Below are positions 13,187-27,600 of a DNA stretch of 64,000 nt, one piece after another; positions within the stretch are counted from its first letter, which is position 1; each line of letters begins with the position of its first letter. Source of the DNA: Octopus vulgaris (taxonomy: Eukaryota); NCBI GenBank assembly GCA_951406725.2, contig OX597814.1:36952001-37016000 (forward strand), in the 5' to 3' direction. Made by a program: the position numbers and the translations under genes. The notes under the pieces were generated by a model that worked only from the letters and a program-made list of their open reading frames with translations, was not told the DNA's origin and did not search any database.

Positions 13187-13542
13187 CTGTTGATATTGCT
13201 TTGTTATGAATTCAATGTTTTGTAAATGTGTTAAATGGTTGAAATGAAGTCGTTAGGATCGTGGGGTGCGAATCACCTTCATTCCATCCATCCGTTTTTT
13301 ATAACCAACTTTTACATAAGAATATATGAGAATATAATATTCTTATACTTTGTGTCTCTACTGTTAACATTTACAATTACTATGAAAAATTATACTGGAT
13401 TACTACTGTGGAAATCTCTCAAACCTTGTCGGATTATTATATGGAGATGTATACAGAATTCCTACGAATCCTATCTATACCACTATGGATTAACTAATTC
13501 TTATAAACACGGATAAACTTTTAAGAACAGTTTCTTCCTTCT

Positions 13543-13635
13543 ATATCTCTGAAGAATGGTTATGCAGCTTGAATATGATTATCATTTCGATTTCATTCAG
13601 GTAACTTAAATAATCATGAAACGATCGTAACGATT
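13543..13635 (+). ncRNA. Type I hammerhead-like motif with long stem II (mirror copy on minus strand at ~11915-12008)
   Basis: atct-CTGAAGA-atggttat..ataatcat-GAAA-CGATCG-TA: palindromic stem III ACGATCGT and GUA triplet; stem I imperfect. Confidence 0.6.
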
Positions 13636-16062
13636 TTTATACATCCTCGTATTCTCTATTTTACATTCCTATTCTCATCATTTACGTGGTAATACAATTC
13701 TTAATATATTTCTTGTGACTATTCAAAATATACTTATCCCATTCTCTTTTACATTCTAATATATAATTATATATATGAATATTTATATCATATACATATA
13801 TATGTATAAATATGTATATATTATATATATGTATTTATTTACACATGTACACACACAAACACACATATATGTGTGTGTGTTTGAACATCTATCCTTCTTT
13901 CTGTATCTATAATATACACACATCCATATATGTAACCTACCGACACAGAAACATGTACATACATACACATCGATGGGATGGTTTCTATAGTTTAAGGACC
14001 ATTCTATATTACAGTTCCATCTTTGAAACTCTGACGTATATATGGATGACTGTATGTGTGTGCGCGCATGTGTTGGCGTGGATGTTTTTGCCTGTGTACA
14101 TCTATGTGTGCAATGTGTCTGTGCATATGTGCCAGAGTGAGCATATGTATATAATATTAAGACTGGCTTTCTTTGCTATCCTCAGTAGATGAATCCACTC
14201 CTTCAATATCTCATCACATGTACCATCGCATCACCTTTTCTGATATAAAATCCAAGACGCATCTCAGCTCACGAATTTAAACCACGTTTACTTCGGTCCG
14301 GTTGATATATCGTCATTCTGGACCGAGTATATCGTCGTTTTTTCCGATAGAATTCTAATTGTAGTTTTATAGTTTCTTACACTCAGCAAATATTCATAAC
14401 GGAATAGACTCATAAATGAAAATGGTTTCATAATGGAATTGTTAAATATATAATTATATGAATTGTAAGTATCATGTGCATTAGAATTTATTGAAACTTT
14501 TCGCAATAGCAAATATTGACTACCTTTAGTTATTATATTTCTTATTTTATGACGTCGCTTTATTACTATTTCTAGCAAACCAATATGATTAACATTTTGT
14601 ATGTTCACCCAGAATATAAATATATATTACTAAAGACGTAAGTGAGATTCATATTTAAATAAATGATATGATAAACGAAAGTAAAGTTAAAATTTATGAA
14701 TTATGATAAACTTATGCCTTAGTTTATAACAAGCGAACCTGATACAGACAAGGCATTCGTTCATCATAACACTGGTATAGCTTCTTATTTACTTTAAGTC
14801 TATATGAGTCACAAATTATCGCGTTACTTCTATTGGGTCGTCAGAGAGATCAATCATGAAACCATTTTTTCTATTTCTTGGGATTAAATTAGTTTATGTA
14901 AGCTCTTTATCCTGCATGTCAAGGACTTTGTAGCTAGTAAAGCAAATGTAGGTCGTTGATATTCTAATGTATAAATGAGGGTTGCATTTCCGGTGTTTCG
15001 TACTTTTGCTTCATAAAGCGTGATGTATCTATGTTCAGATTTCTGTGAATCTGCCCATTTCACATTAATAAAATAGGCAAAAAGAAATCAGCTGTATTTT
15101 AATTGTTTTCATTATCATTATTATAAATTAATTATTTTACTCGACTAACAGTTAAAACGTATTTAGATTATGTCATTTCTAAATTAAATACCGCACAGAA
15201 AATTAATTTCTTTGTCGTTTCTAATACTTATAAACACGCAATCTTTTATTGCTGTACATCTGTTAATACGCTATGCTATATTCATGATGTGTTTTCCCTA
15301 ACGTGCTTCCTTCTACGAAAATAAATTTAAGCTTATATTCTATATTGAATACCGTATTGAGAGAGACGGTGCACAAGTACATATATATTTGTCGTGATAT
15401 ACCGAAATAATTTGCAAGTTTATTTAGTAAGAATCAAAGAGAAAGGAAACAACAAACCAGACGCTAAGAGAATTTGTACGCATATACATATTGCAGACAG
15501 TGATCCGTAAATATATGATTATTTATACAGTGTGCTATCAATATATATCAGAGCATTTCTCAAGGCAAAACATAAGTTCAAAGTGCTAGCCTCTCTGAAT
15601 ATTTATGCCATAAACTACCGGTAAATACATTCTTTGAAAAAATTACAAATACTTACCGTTCTTATATCCTAGGTATATTTGCAAAGTGTACAGATTAGAA
15701 TTCAGTTTCTATTTACTATAACATTCATATACGTATTTCCACATGTCGTTATTTCTATTATAGTCAATTTTTGAAAATCTATTACATATCAAATGCAATA
15801 ACGTCAAATTGAAATTGCCTATGCATAAAAACGTGAACGATAAATTGAACGCACTCATTGTTGACGTGAGAATTGAAATATTAAAGAATGTTACTCTATA
15901 CGCTGTTTAGTATGTTTTCTGAGTGAAACATAAATGATACTCGATCAACTGCTGGTAGTCAGGTATGAACATGAGAAGAAACACACCAAAGCACCTACGC
16001 ACGCAAACACACAAATACATACAAACACGCATAGGAATCAAACCTTGAAATGTATACATACT

Positions 16063-16102
<40 letters not shown>

Positions 16103-16544
16103 GACATTTAAAATGGTGACAAATTTAATGAGTCAAATTACATTATCTGTTTTTGCATACGAATGGATAGTAACAGCTTAATGTGTGAAACCTGTAAAAA
16201 AGTTCTAACAAAAAGTTCATGCCGGGATGCAGTTGCATTTATTTTATTGATATTCGCAAATTTCTCGGATGTTTTAAAATAATTTCATGTCCTCACTGGG
16301 TACCCCCAGATAAAAATGATGCTAACTATTGTAAATCTTTTTCTGATTTGGGAATTTAAATGTATTAATATACTGTGTATCTGAAATAGTTTTGTCGTCA
16401 TCTTCAGAAATACTATATGCATTCCGATAATCCTTTATAATCCGCTAATATATTTTTATTATTTACCCTAAACACCACAAATGATCCACTAATCCATAGG
16501 CCATTATGAGCAATACATATCATGTTCTACCTTTATCTGTTATT

Positions 16545-16724
16545 TTTTACTTATCTGAGTCATTTGATTGAGGCCATGCTGGGGTACCGACTCGAAATGT
16601 TTTAGTCTAACAAATCGATCCATATTTTTTTGAAGCCAAGTACTTACGCTGTCTCTTTGTCGGTGTCACCACGCCAACACTGGTTGTCAAGCGATGTTAA
16701 CACACACACAAATATGTATGTATG

Positions 16725-16761
<37 letters not shown>

Positions 16762-16912
16762 GACGGGCTTCTTTTAGTTTCCGTGTAATAAATCAACTGA
16801 CAAGGCTTTGGTCGGCCCGAGGACATTGGCCCAAGGAACCTCGCAGTGGGACTTAACCTAGAACCGTGTCATTAAGAAGCAAATTTCTTACTACACAGCC
16901 ATGTCTGCGCCT
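16545..16912 (-). mobile_element. tRNA-derived SINE (octopus OK-like), degenerate
   Basis: Reverse-complement similarity to 50600-51022 (gaccaaagccttg..ggaaactaaaagaagcccgtcg; internal microsatellite). Confidence 0.8.
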
Positions 16913-18029
16913 ATTTATAGGATATTGTGTTAATTCATGTTAAAGTGACATGTTATATTTCGTCGTAATTACATAGACGCATTATATATGTACCTGCTTC
17001 AGGGTATATACAATGTAATTGTATTGTCATATTTCAAAAAGTATATCTTTACGAGACGAGAGGGCATTTTAAGGTAGAAAATTCTAAATTGTTAACATTG
17101 TGTGTAAGAAAAAAACTGACTGTTAAAAGGAACAAATTCTTCGAATTATAATCTATAATTGTTACTCAACAATGGATTCACTGCAATAATGGATAGAAAG
17201 TGTGCTGTGACAATGTATATTATTATAGTATTTTGTGAGATAAATTTCACGTCTTGAGAAGTGTACAATATACGACACTCATTGGTAATACCGCGTGATT
17301 CTATAATAAACGCTAATGCTTTAATTCTAATGTTTTATTGACTCCCTATCTCAATATTCATAACCTATGATGTTTATGTTCTGTATGCATTCATAATTTT
17401 AGTGCTGTATAATGCTTCGGATTAACATAAAAATATGGTGGAGTATCAACGTTATTATGTGCAACGTTGTTGGTGAAACATAAGAAAATGTACTCTACTA
17501 AAATAACATATTTTGCAATGATGCATCACTCTAGATCAACTAATAGCACATCCGACCTATTTACATAAGTGAAATATTGATTTATTGTCTGCAGGTTTTC
17601 TTTCCTTCTAGCGTGCAATGTATTGGATAATTATAATTCAATATTAACCACGTCGCGGGCACTTTAGTTTGTTTTTGAGGAACTAAATAATATCTAATCT
17701 TCTACATTTTTCTTTAGAACTAATGCTTTAGTAAATGTTTGCCATTATGATCCACAAGCAACATATATAACCAATAACATGATAAATTAACCCATCGTTG
17801 TTTATAATCATTGCTTGCAAAATCTAGCATAATTTTGTTGGCATTGTAGCTTTTAAAATGGTTGTAGTTATGCCTGCCAATCATTTTCAATTCACACCGA
17901 AAATATTCAATCAACAATTCATATTCTGAATATTAACTAGTTCTAATTTTTGTATGAATTCTAAAGTAGGGGTTTACATGAATTTTTATATAAATTCTAA
18001 AGTAGGAGTTTACATGAATATGAATCCAA

Positions 18030-18265
18030 CAGATACATCCCTCGCCAGATCACGGTTCACCTATCGCGGTTTACCTATCGCGGTTTACCTATCACGGTTT
18101 ATTATTTAAGCTTACGTTGATTCCTCTGTAGTGCTGTTTTGCATTTATTATAACATAAATATATAAAAGTTATAAGAATATTTTTTTAAATAATATATAG
18201 TACAGTACTGTTTCTACTTCACGGATTTTCACCTATCGCGACTGGTTTTGGAACGTAACAAGTGC
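18030..18265. mobile_element. Tigger/pogo-like MITE fragment with 14-bp tandem repeat
   Basis: tccctcgcca..cggttcacctatcg/cggtttacctatcg x3, then ggattttcacctatcgcg..ggaacgtaac; recalled similarity to Tigger-type MITE ends; right TIR not seen. Confidence 0.55.
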
Positions 18266-21200
18266 GCTAGACTTGTATTTTTATATGCGAATCATATCGC
18301 CAACGTCCATTGCATTTTAGAAATATTAGTTCCTGTAAGTATCCTTTTTCCGTCCCAATATTAAAAAAAAATTTTTTTCTATGTTTACAAATTCATTCCA
18401 ATGTTAAAATTGATCAGTGTCTTTCAGATTTGTTAGAGATTTCCTTCTGAATGGTTAAAGTATTTTAGATAAGACGGCTATAATTGGAATTAATATGCGC
18501 ATTGGCATCTGTGCCCAACGTTAATCGACAGCTAAATGGAAGCAATAATAATGCATAGCTCAAGGTTTTAGTTCGAAGACATAACATTCAAATTCGAAAT
18601 ATTACTATAGTGCAAAGAGTGTTTAAACTGAGTACTGTAACTGCTCGATGTGCTGCAATCAGTAATGATTTCAATATTGTGGAAAACTTTTAACAACTCA
18701 AGTGAGAGGAGACGGGAAATATGTTAGATGACAATAAACAAATATATATAATTATATATATTGATATGGATTTCCATTATATTTCGGGAAAGGCTTACTT
18801 TTATCAAATTTAAGATAGAAAATAATCCAAGGAATCTGAGAAAAATGTAGGGTAATTCAACACCTTACCTTTTTCCTTATTAATATAACTTTATGTAAAT
18901 AGCACCCTATCATAATTACATATAACAGTATCATGCTAAATTCTCATATGTTTATGGAATTCTATAATTGGATGTAAGAAATGTCATGCATGTTATTTTA
19001 TAGCAAGGATAATGCGCAGAAGGTTTGCTTATTCTTATCTGATTCAATGAAAGCTCCATAACATGTCTGATTCGTAAATCACAAACAATGTCCTTGTCGA
19101 CAAATTGAAATAATGAGTGTTATATTTTCCTAATGTTTGATGTCACATATTAAAAAAGAAAAATAGATAAACGCGTGCAGCAGCGACTACCTATAGTTTC
19201 ATTTATTTACTATCATCTGTTCACTGCTACTGGGGTTTTCACATACAGTAAAACAGATGTCTTTATGTTAAAAACACGATTACAGTTTGCGAACGTTCTA
19301 CATAATAAGCCTATTTAGAGGTCAATGAGCATCAAACGGAATCCAGTGAATGTTCAACATTTGTAACTCGAGAGTGACAATGAGTACCATAAGTTACACT
19401 TATATGCATTAATTCTACCTTTAAGAAATCACAGGGACATTTTTCTTTTACATACATGTAAAAACCACTGGCTAAATTTAGAATAACGCAGCAACAAAAA
19501 TAATATTTAAAAATACGGCTTTGATCAAGGAGCTTCAAAAGCATAGAAACAGAAGGGAATTGCTTCATGAACAAGTATGTGCAATCAAGCAAAAAATCTA
19601 AACAAACAAAAAACACTCATTTTCTTAAGGGCAAACTTCATACTTATTTTCACTTTGAATATATTCAAAAATTACAATTATTGCTTGTCTCTCGCAAAAT
19701 AACATTTACAAGCTCATTTTCGAAAAGTGCCGTAAAATAATCACTTTCTTTTGATGTTGACAGAATCCATGTTGAATTTTTGAAACATCAGTTGATGCTG
19801 TCGTCCCATTATCGGTTATTCTTTAGTATTTAGGATTTCCCATCGTAATGTCAGAAGACACTTTAATTATCGCTTGTTTCTTCTATGCCGAAAACGTTTT
19901 TATTATTTTATTACAATAAATCTCATTAATTTCGTAATCATTAATTAAATAATTCAAGTAGGGCCTATCGATTTGACGGTTATAAACAAGTGTTTTCCAG
20001 TGTTGTCAAATGTTCGACACATTTACCACCAGTTTCATTTTCTATAAGGAAAAAAACCTCACAAAATGGTAAATGTTTTGATGTAAGTAAAATCTATTTT
20101 ACGATATAATTTGTATATAGTAATTGAAGTGATATTTACTTCTTAGCTCACTGTCTGAGCATGGCATTTTCATAAGTTCCTCCTAAACATCCATGCTATT
20201 TTTCAGTTTTCTATTTACCACGTGTATCATATGCTTTGCATAATATAAAGATCTCTAAAGTGATTGAGAAAAAAAATGGAAACATTCGTGATATATGAGA
20301 CATGGACGTCATGAAAGTATGTACTGTGTATTATATGAAATGTACAAGACATGAAAAGGGCTAAATTATAGATTTTCTGAATTTGACTATAAGAATATGC
20401 GATATTTTGTGTAAAATGTGATACGTGTCACCGTTCGGAATATTACACTCCTATTTTCTTTCTAATTCGACATTTAGTGTAGTAAGTATAAGATGCAAAT
20501 TATCCAAAGTAAAACATAAATCGTTGAAAATACAGCAAAGGTGGTTGCAAAGGCTCCCGAAGATGGGTATGAAATTGCTCATAGATTACCTGAATTCATC
20601 ACAAAATATCTTTACTTAATATCAGCTACCAGTATTTTAATACAAGTGGAGAATATTTCAATTCCCATTTCAATTTCACTTTCATTTGAATTCAATAAAT
20701 GAATTTGTGTGTCTTATCTAGGGGATGGGTAGAAAATATAATGGTTTTACAGGAAATACAGAATTTAAACATTCGTTTACTTCTTTCCTATTTTAACGGT
20801 TTAGAATTACAATCAAGTAATATCCATTTCTTGAATATATCATACACTTTTAACGGTGGTGTTATTTATTCTATACAATATGTCAATTTCGATATAATTA
20901 TCCTAGTACGTTATTTTCACAAATATGATATTGCAATTTAAACATAAGGTTGGGGAGTTTGATTTATTTACTGATGCAAATATTATGATGAGGAACAATG
21001 AATGATAGCTATACATTCAAAAGGACTTTGAGGAAAGCAACAATTCTACAGAGACTCTTTTACTGAAATTTCATCCGTGCTGCGTACTCATAATTTTACT
21101 CAGTGGTAGCTTTGATGAATATATATTTTTATAATCGGTAGAATTAACATATGATATTTTCCTACTCTTCCGTTCATTAGAGCTTACTAGGCTCATGAAT

Positions 21201-22794
21201 TTTTCTTCTAAGATACTCTTGTACAACTCGTCTCTACGTCATTCATCAGTCTTTTTATAGTCACACCAAGCCCCTGCGTTAATCTCTCTCTTCCCTCTTC
21301 CCCGAAAACTTGATTCTCTGGAATTTATTACTGCCCATATCTTTCATAAGTCAACGAAAGCCTGCAAAAGTGATGGTTTCTTCCACTTGCTCCACACACA
21401 CAGTAAGTAAGAAAAAATGCCTGTGAAGCATATTTTCTCTAAATACTCCATATAAAATTTAGTAACTTCCATTATTTGTCGTAAGATGTTGCGATTTAAG
21501 ATTCGAAAGGAAAAAAAAAGATGAGAGAAAATAGTTTTTTATAATAATTACCTTAAAAAGGTTTTGTTTTTTACAATATTTCATAAAATTTGCTTGGTCT
21601 CAGATTTAATGAAAGACGCCGTGTAAAACATTGTGCAATTGATTTTTAAGCACATTTTTTTACAAATACATTTCTATTTATAAGAAGAAAATTGTCTTTA
21701 TTTCAAACTCCATACTGATTTACTTTATATATATTTAGTGATAGAGGCTTTTTAGAGACATTTTTGATCAATTTTCTAATACAAGCACATTCTTTCATCT
21801 TCACATTTTAAAAGCAGTTCCTATTTTGCTCCCATTAAAAAAAAATCCGCTGCTTAATGTTAACTGAAAGAACAAAATATATTTAAAAATACGTGAAATA
21901 TTTAAATACTACAGATATAGATATTACCATACCTATCAAAAATTTATATTACTATTTAAATTAGATTGCACAAGTTGGTTTAAACTTAGGTGACGTTTCA
22001 TATATTTGTATATGAAGTAGCATTTCTTTCTCTCTCAGATGAATAAAATCAAACTTAAATATTCAATCAATATACCTCAAGTTGTGGAACGATGGCAGTT
22101 ACCGTGAAAATTATATTGTTTACAAATTCCACTTGCCAACGTTAACTAATCTTCTTTTGCAATCTTTGTGCAAAATTACCCGAAATATGCACCTTCCACT
22201 TAATATTTCCGTTCTAGTTATGTGCATTTGACACCATTTTACCATCATCTATAGTGCTCCCACTCACAACAAAAAAGCATAACAACGTTATCTTGTACCA
22301 CATCAGAAAGTTTAACAGTTCAGCACACAATTTATTATACTGTAATTATATGTTGAATATGAGAAACAAGTAACTGTCAGAAGATAATAAAAAAAATAGT
22401 AATATTTTTGCTGCTATCAATATTGAATGAGGAATTTCCTTCATTCCATATCAAGATTCTACCTAATTTATCTGAGGAGTGACATCCTTACTAAAATGTA
22501 AAACGTTCAAGTATACAAAACCAAATATATCTTCTGTAAATTTGTAAATTGTTTCAGATTTAGAGCCACCTACATTTGACCACAAGGTCAAACATTGATC
22601 GTTTAATAAGAGAATGCATCTTGGTTCTCAATGTATAATGATAATATGTAAGTAATATTACTTTAGAGTTTCGATACTTTTACATTTATATATAGCACAA
22701 TACCAAATTATACAAACCGATTACCACCCTTTTATTGCATTCTTTTAACTTAATTTCATCCTATAGAGGTTAAGAACTATTACAATATAGCAAA

Positions 22795-23190
22795 ACGAGC
22801 TAGCAGAATCGTTAGCACGCCGGGCGAAATGCTTAGCTGTATTTCATCTGCCGTTACATTCTGAGGTCCTATTCCGCCGAGGTTGTCTTTGTCTTTCATC
22901 CTTTCGGGATCGATTAAATTGGTACTAGTTCCGCACCGGGGTCAATATAATCGACTTAATCCGTTTTGTCTGTCCTTGTTTGTCCTCTCTGTGTTTAGCC
23001 CCTTGTAGGTAGTAAAGAAATGGGTATTTCGTCTGTCTTTACGTTCTAAGTTCAAATTCCGCTGGGGTCTACTTTGCCTTTCACCATTTCGTGGTCGATA
23101 AATTAATTACCAGTTGCGTACTGGGGTCGATCTAATCGACTGGCCCCCTCCACAAAAATGTCGGGCCTTGTGTCTAGTGTAGAAAATAAT
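22795..23190 (+). mobile_element. Dimeric tRNA-derived SINE with Nin/Deu-type domain (octopus OR-like)
   Basis: tRNA-like head gctagcagaatcgttagcacg; two copies of ccgccgagg..ctttgcctttcatcctttcggggtcgat-like core. Confidence 0.85.
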
Positions 23191-23401
23191 ATAATAGAGT
23201 TCATTTTTCCTGTTTGTTATCAAATCTGGATGTAATAAAACATTGCTAGTAATAATTAATTGTAAATATATTTTCAATATTTCATTTTCATTGGTATTAG
23301 ATATTTCTCGAACCACATTTTACTTATTCCTTTTGACGTACGTCTACCGTCAGCGAACACGATACAATGTTGTCACGAATGATGCTTATGCAGATACAAT
23401 A

Positions 23402-23631
23402 TCTATTTCTTTACAACCCACAAGGGGCTAAACACAGAGAGGACACAAACAGACAAACGGATTAAGTCGATAATATCGACCCCAGTGCGTAACTGGTACT
23501 TATTTAATCGACCCCGAAAGGATGAAAGGCAAAGTCGACCTCGGCGGAATTTGAAGTCAGAACGTACCGGCAGACGAAATACGGCTACGCATTTCGCCCG
23601 GCGTGCTAACGTTTCTGCCAGTTTGCCGCCC
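23402..23631 (-). mobile_element. tRNA-derived Nin-domain SINE, full length with 15-bp TSD
   Basis: Reverse complement of the first monomer at 22795-23020; TSD TATGCAGATACAATA at 23387-23401 and 23632-23646. Confidence 0.92.
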
Positions 23632-24514
23632 TATGCAGATACAATACCAACTTTTTAGTCATTGATAACCAAGAACCTAATATAATCCGTATTAATTTGC
23701 ACTAACGTTCAGGTACCAGTATTTGACTTGATTAATTTTGTTACATTTAATATTTGCTTGAGAGTAATTTGAACAAGGCGACAATACTTTCTTCAGACAA
23801 TTCAGTAATCAGAAACGCATTGAAGTCAAACGATCCGGAAATTCGATGTCATACGAGTACACATGAACACATGCAAGTACACGTACATACACACACAAGA
23901 GTGTATTTATGTGTATACAAATTTTATCAGTACAACTTATCTATGCTTGTAGTTGAAATTCAAAGAAATTGCGGTTTAAGTAAGGGAAATTTCTTTATGG
24001 ACGCATTTTGTTAAAGAGCTAGGTGAAAAGAGATCGCTTCAGAAGTGACCACAAGAGTGTTATGTACGTATTTCTCTGTTATTACGACTTATTAATGTCG
24101 CCTAAACGAGTCAAATCGAAAAGAAATCAAATCAGTTAACCTGAAGTGTATATAGATAGTGTATAAACCATATACTAGTTGGTTGCAAAAAAAAATAACC
24201 GTTTTGTCATTACACTTATCACACAAATACCACGTCATAGGATATCCGAACATACGCGCTCACATATATATGTACACGCAGACACACGCATGTTTTCGTT
24301 AATGCTCACAGAATCAGTTATACTACGACAAAAACGCATCCGTAGACACTGGTATGCACACACTAGAATTTGCACGCTCTTTTTCTCTCACATGCTCATT
24401 TTCTCCTCACCTCATCTCAGTCACACCTATGCACCCTCGATCACATCCATGCAAGGTAACATCGATGTAGAGAAAGGTAAAATAAGAAACAGGTGTACAA
24501 ACCTAGAATTTGAA

Positions 24515-24692
24515 CTGATGTAAATAGTGCATGTCATTGAAAAGGCTGACCTGATGTAGAGACTGCATGTCATTGAAGAGGCTGCGAATGACTCTGAAAA
24601 GAGAAAACAATATCTTATATAATAATGAATAATCCTAAATGTAATGGCACGAAAGAAAGAGAAAACAATATCTTATATAATAATGAATAATC
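24515..24692. repeat. Two adjacent direct duplications (periods 36 and 58 bp)
   Basis: ctgatgta..tgcatgtcattgaa.aggctg at 24515 and 24551; aaagagaaaacaatatcttatataataatgaataatc exact at 24598 and 24656. Confidence 0.85.
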
Positions 24693-27600
24693 ATTAATGT
24701 ACTAACCTTCAGACGAGGCAGTTGTAATTTGTTGCTGTGACTACCATCATGTGATCGACTGAATTAATTTTAAGGCCATATTCTAGGGGCTTGCGGGAGA
24801 GCTGTCATATAAATTAGCTTAACTTTCTCGGTCCCTGTCTCGGTCTCTCCCACACACACAGATACATACAGACACGCATGCACACATACGCATGCATTAA
24901 GTATACTTACATATGGTGAGGAATCAGAAGACTAACAGCATCAATTATTTGAACATTTTGATAACGCGTGTCACGCCGGCTTGCATCATAATTGAAAAAA
25001 TCCCTTTTTATATATGATCTTTAAACTTTTGCACACACTCTGTAAAACCTAGAAGAAATATTGTCGAAAGAAGCAATTCATGTATTACGGCTTCCACATG
25101 TGTTTCTACGGGTGTTTTCTAATCATAGTGTATTGGACAATCCAAAGCTAGCTTTGAGATGACTTATTCACTTTTTAAGAGTAATTACACTTTTATCACG
25201 CGCGCAGACACGCACATATACACATATACAAACACATTACTGTATTACTGTATGGATATATATATATATATATATATCAATATATAATCTCTATTGCTTT
25301 TCATACTACATTACAGCACCTAGCTCATATCCCTACTACATGCCAGTCGTTACATCCCTGTATCGCACAAATCAACTATCTTAATAATGCAACTTTTTTT
25401 CATTGTCTCCTTCAAAAGGAAATAATCCCATAGCTCATTACTTTTCTACATGCTCTATGGCTTACAACAGGATTCAGCACATAGATTTAAGAAAATTCAC
25501 TTGAAATCTGTTTCAAGTTTGAACGCAAATAAAATGTGTGTGTAGGGAGAATAAACTCTATATCTATGTATAAATTGTAGATACACTAACCGGAGTTCTG
25601 GAAAGCTGACATATGAAATGAGAACGAATACAATAATGTTTCTGCGGGATAACTGCATGTGGGAATTCTGGACAGAAAGATTAATATTGTGGTGAGTTGA
25701 GAAAATTACAGGGCTAATAACCAATGATTTCGCAATTCGCATCCAGAATGTAATGTTAGTCAAGAACAGGATCTTCACTATGAATGAAAATGTATATTTT
25801 ATAAATGGAAATAATAGAGGAAATAATAAGTTGAATAGTAACATTTTCTGCTACGTCCTGTAAAATATCATCTACTTCCTCTCGATTTTCCTATCACACT
25901 GTACGAGCCGTTCTACAATAAAATTAACAATTCACGTCGTACATAAATCTATATGCATAAGAATTATTCCATGATACACGAACGTTTTTATAACAAAATC
26001 TTACGAACACGTTTATGTACCTTGCTCTTTCTAACACCTATTGTTTACTTACAATATAAATATGCTTTTGAACTTTATAAAGCACGAGCTGTTGCTTTAT
26101 ATTATTCTGAAATGAATTTTTTTTTTATATATCATATCCAGTAACAATTATCCAGCTTCCTACATTAGGTGGTTCTGCAAGTAACATGTGGATTAAAGTA
26201 GCATATTCAAATATAACTAATAAGTATTTTGTGTCTGCTTTACTTAATCACAGACATTTATTTTCAACGAACTTTTTATATCACCACGCTAACAAATTCA
26301 CCGACGCAAGGCTGCTTACCTAAATTCAACATGGTAGATGTGTCCTTCAGGTTATTCAGTTAAATAAACCTCTGAGTGTAGCACAAACGTAGTCCCTCTG
26401 CTTTTAATATATATGGTTTTGATATTAATCTGCTAAATTTGAAAATTTCCCTGGTTATAATTGTGTCGATTTCTGTTGCAACAGAAAAGTGTGTCATTAA
26501 TAGTTACGGATAACGGTAGAAATCTTGATAGTTTGACTTTCATATATTCTATATGAAATATTATTTCAAAAGCGTATTCAGTAATGTGCATTAATTTAAT
26601 GATACATATGAAAAGGAAATGGCTTGTAGAGAATTCGAACTACGTATTCTTGTATATAACGATATATATATCTCTAAATCGTAATGTGTTATAAGATGAA
26701 TTCACCTACGCAAATATAAGATGTTTAATGGTATTTAATTAAAAATTTTGCAACCTATGTAATAATTCTCAGAATCTATACATCGAGTTGAAAGATAATA
26801 GCTTCAATATCCCCATTTAATAATATATAAAACAATGTAAAACGTTATATACCACATTTAATAGTGTAATTCTGTAGTGAAATTATGTTAGTATTATTTA
26901 ACTTAACCCATTCTGAGTTAATTATTTAGGGGCAATAACCGAATTTAGTTTAGAGAATTCCTACAAGTAAGTAAAACAATAATCTGTATTTGGTGCTCGA
27001 GTATATATTGACTTGTGTTTGGAGGCGTTTTATTTGCCTCTTTTTTTAGCGTGTTCTTGATATCCTTGGTTACCGTTTGGACTTTAGGAGTTTTATAAGC
27101 CTGAAATGGATCATTTGCCCTGTAGCGACAGTTTAAATATAACTCATTAGAATAATATAAAGTTTAAATTCCGTCGAATACTATGGCCATGTGTGCGATC
27201 CACATATTCAAACCTCCGTATACTTTATAACGCCACGAATGATACACATAAATTGCATAGTTTAAAATGAACCAATGAGACGAAATGCAGTTGGGTGGAG
27301 TGTGTATGTTATTTTCCTTTGTGGTTATTGTTCCTGTTGGTTGATATGGATTCAAACTAAGCATATGGGCAGCCTGTACGTCTACACTTAGCATTCACAA
27401 TCTATTATTTTAAGCAAATGGGTTTATTGCCTTTGCTGTTGATTTTGTGCGTATTTGATATATGTTTATCCGGGCTACGTGTAAGAGATAGTAATTTTTC
27501 AATAGAATCGAAATTTTGTGGGAAATTACGCACGTGACAGTTGTTTACAGATGAATGTCTAAGTGACACCAGAAACGGTGAGGCGTCTTTATTGCATAAT

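Larger units (their letters stand above)
11780..13770. repeat. ~2-kb imperfect palindrome (head-to-head arms, centre ~12785-12835)
   Basis: 11780-12240 is the reverse complement of ~13310-13770 (roughly 80% by eye); 12434-12625 matches 12995-13186; 12712-12785 matches 12836-12908. Confidence 0.93.

Noticed and set aside
13235-13516. ORF in the outer palindrome arm
   Set aside because: The mirror arm has indels and stops in the equivalent frame; appears non-coding.
21150-21420. Possible LINE 3' fragment on the minus strand
   Set aside because: Only a vague GR-rich hint; cannot be assigned.
24515-24692. Repeat-spacer pattern suggestive of CRISPR
   Set aside because: Only two copies of each repeat, eukaryotic context, no cas genes.
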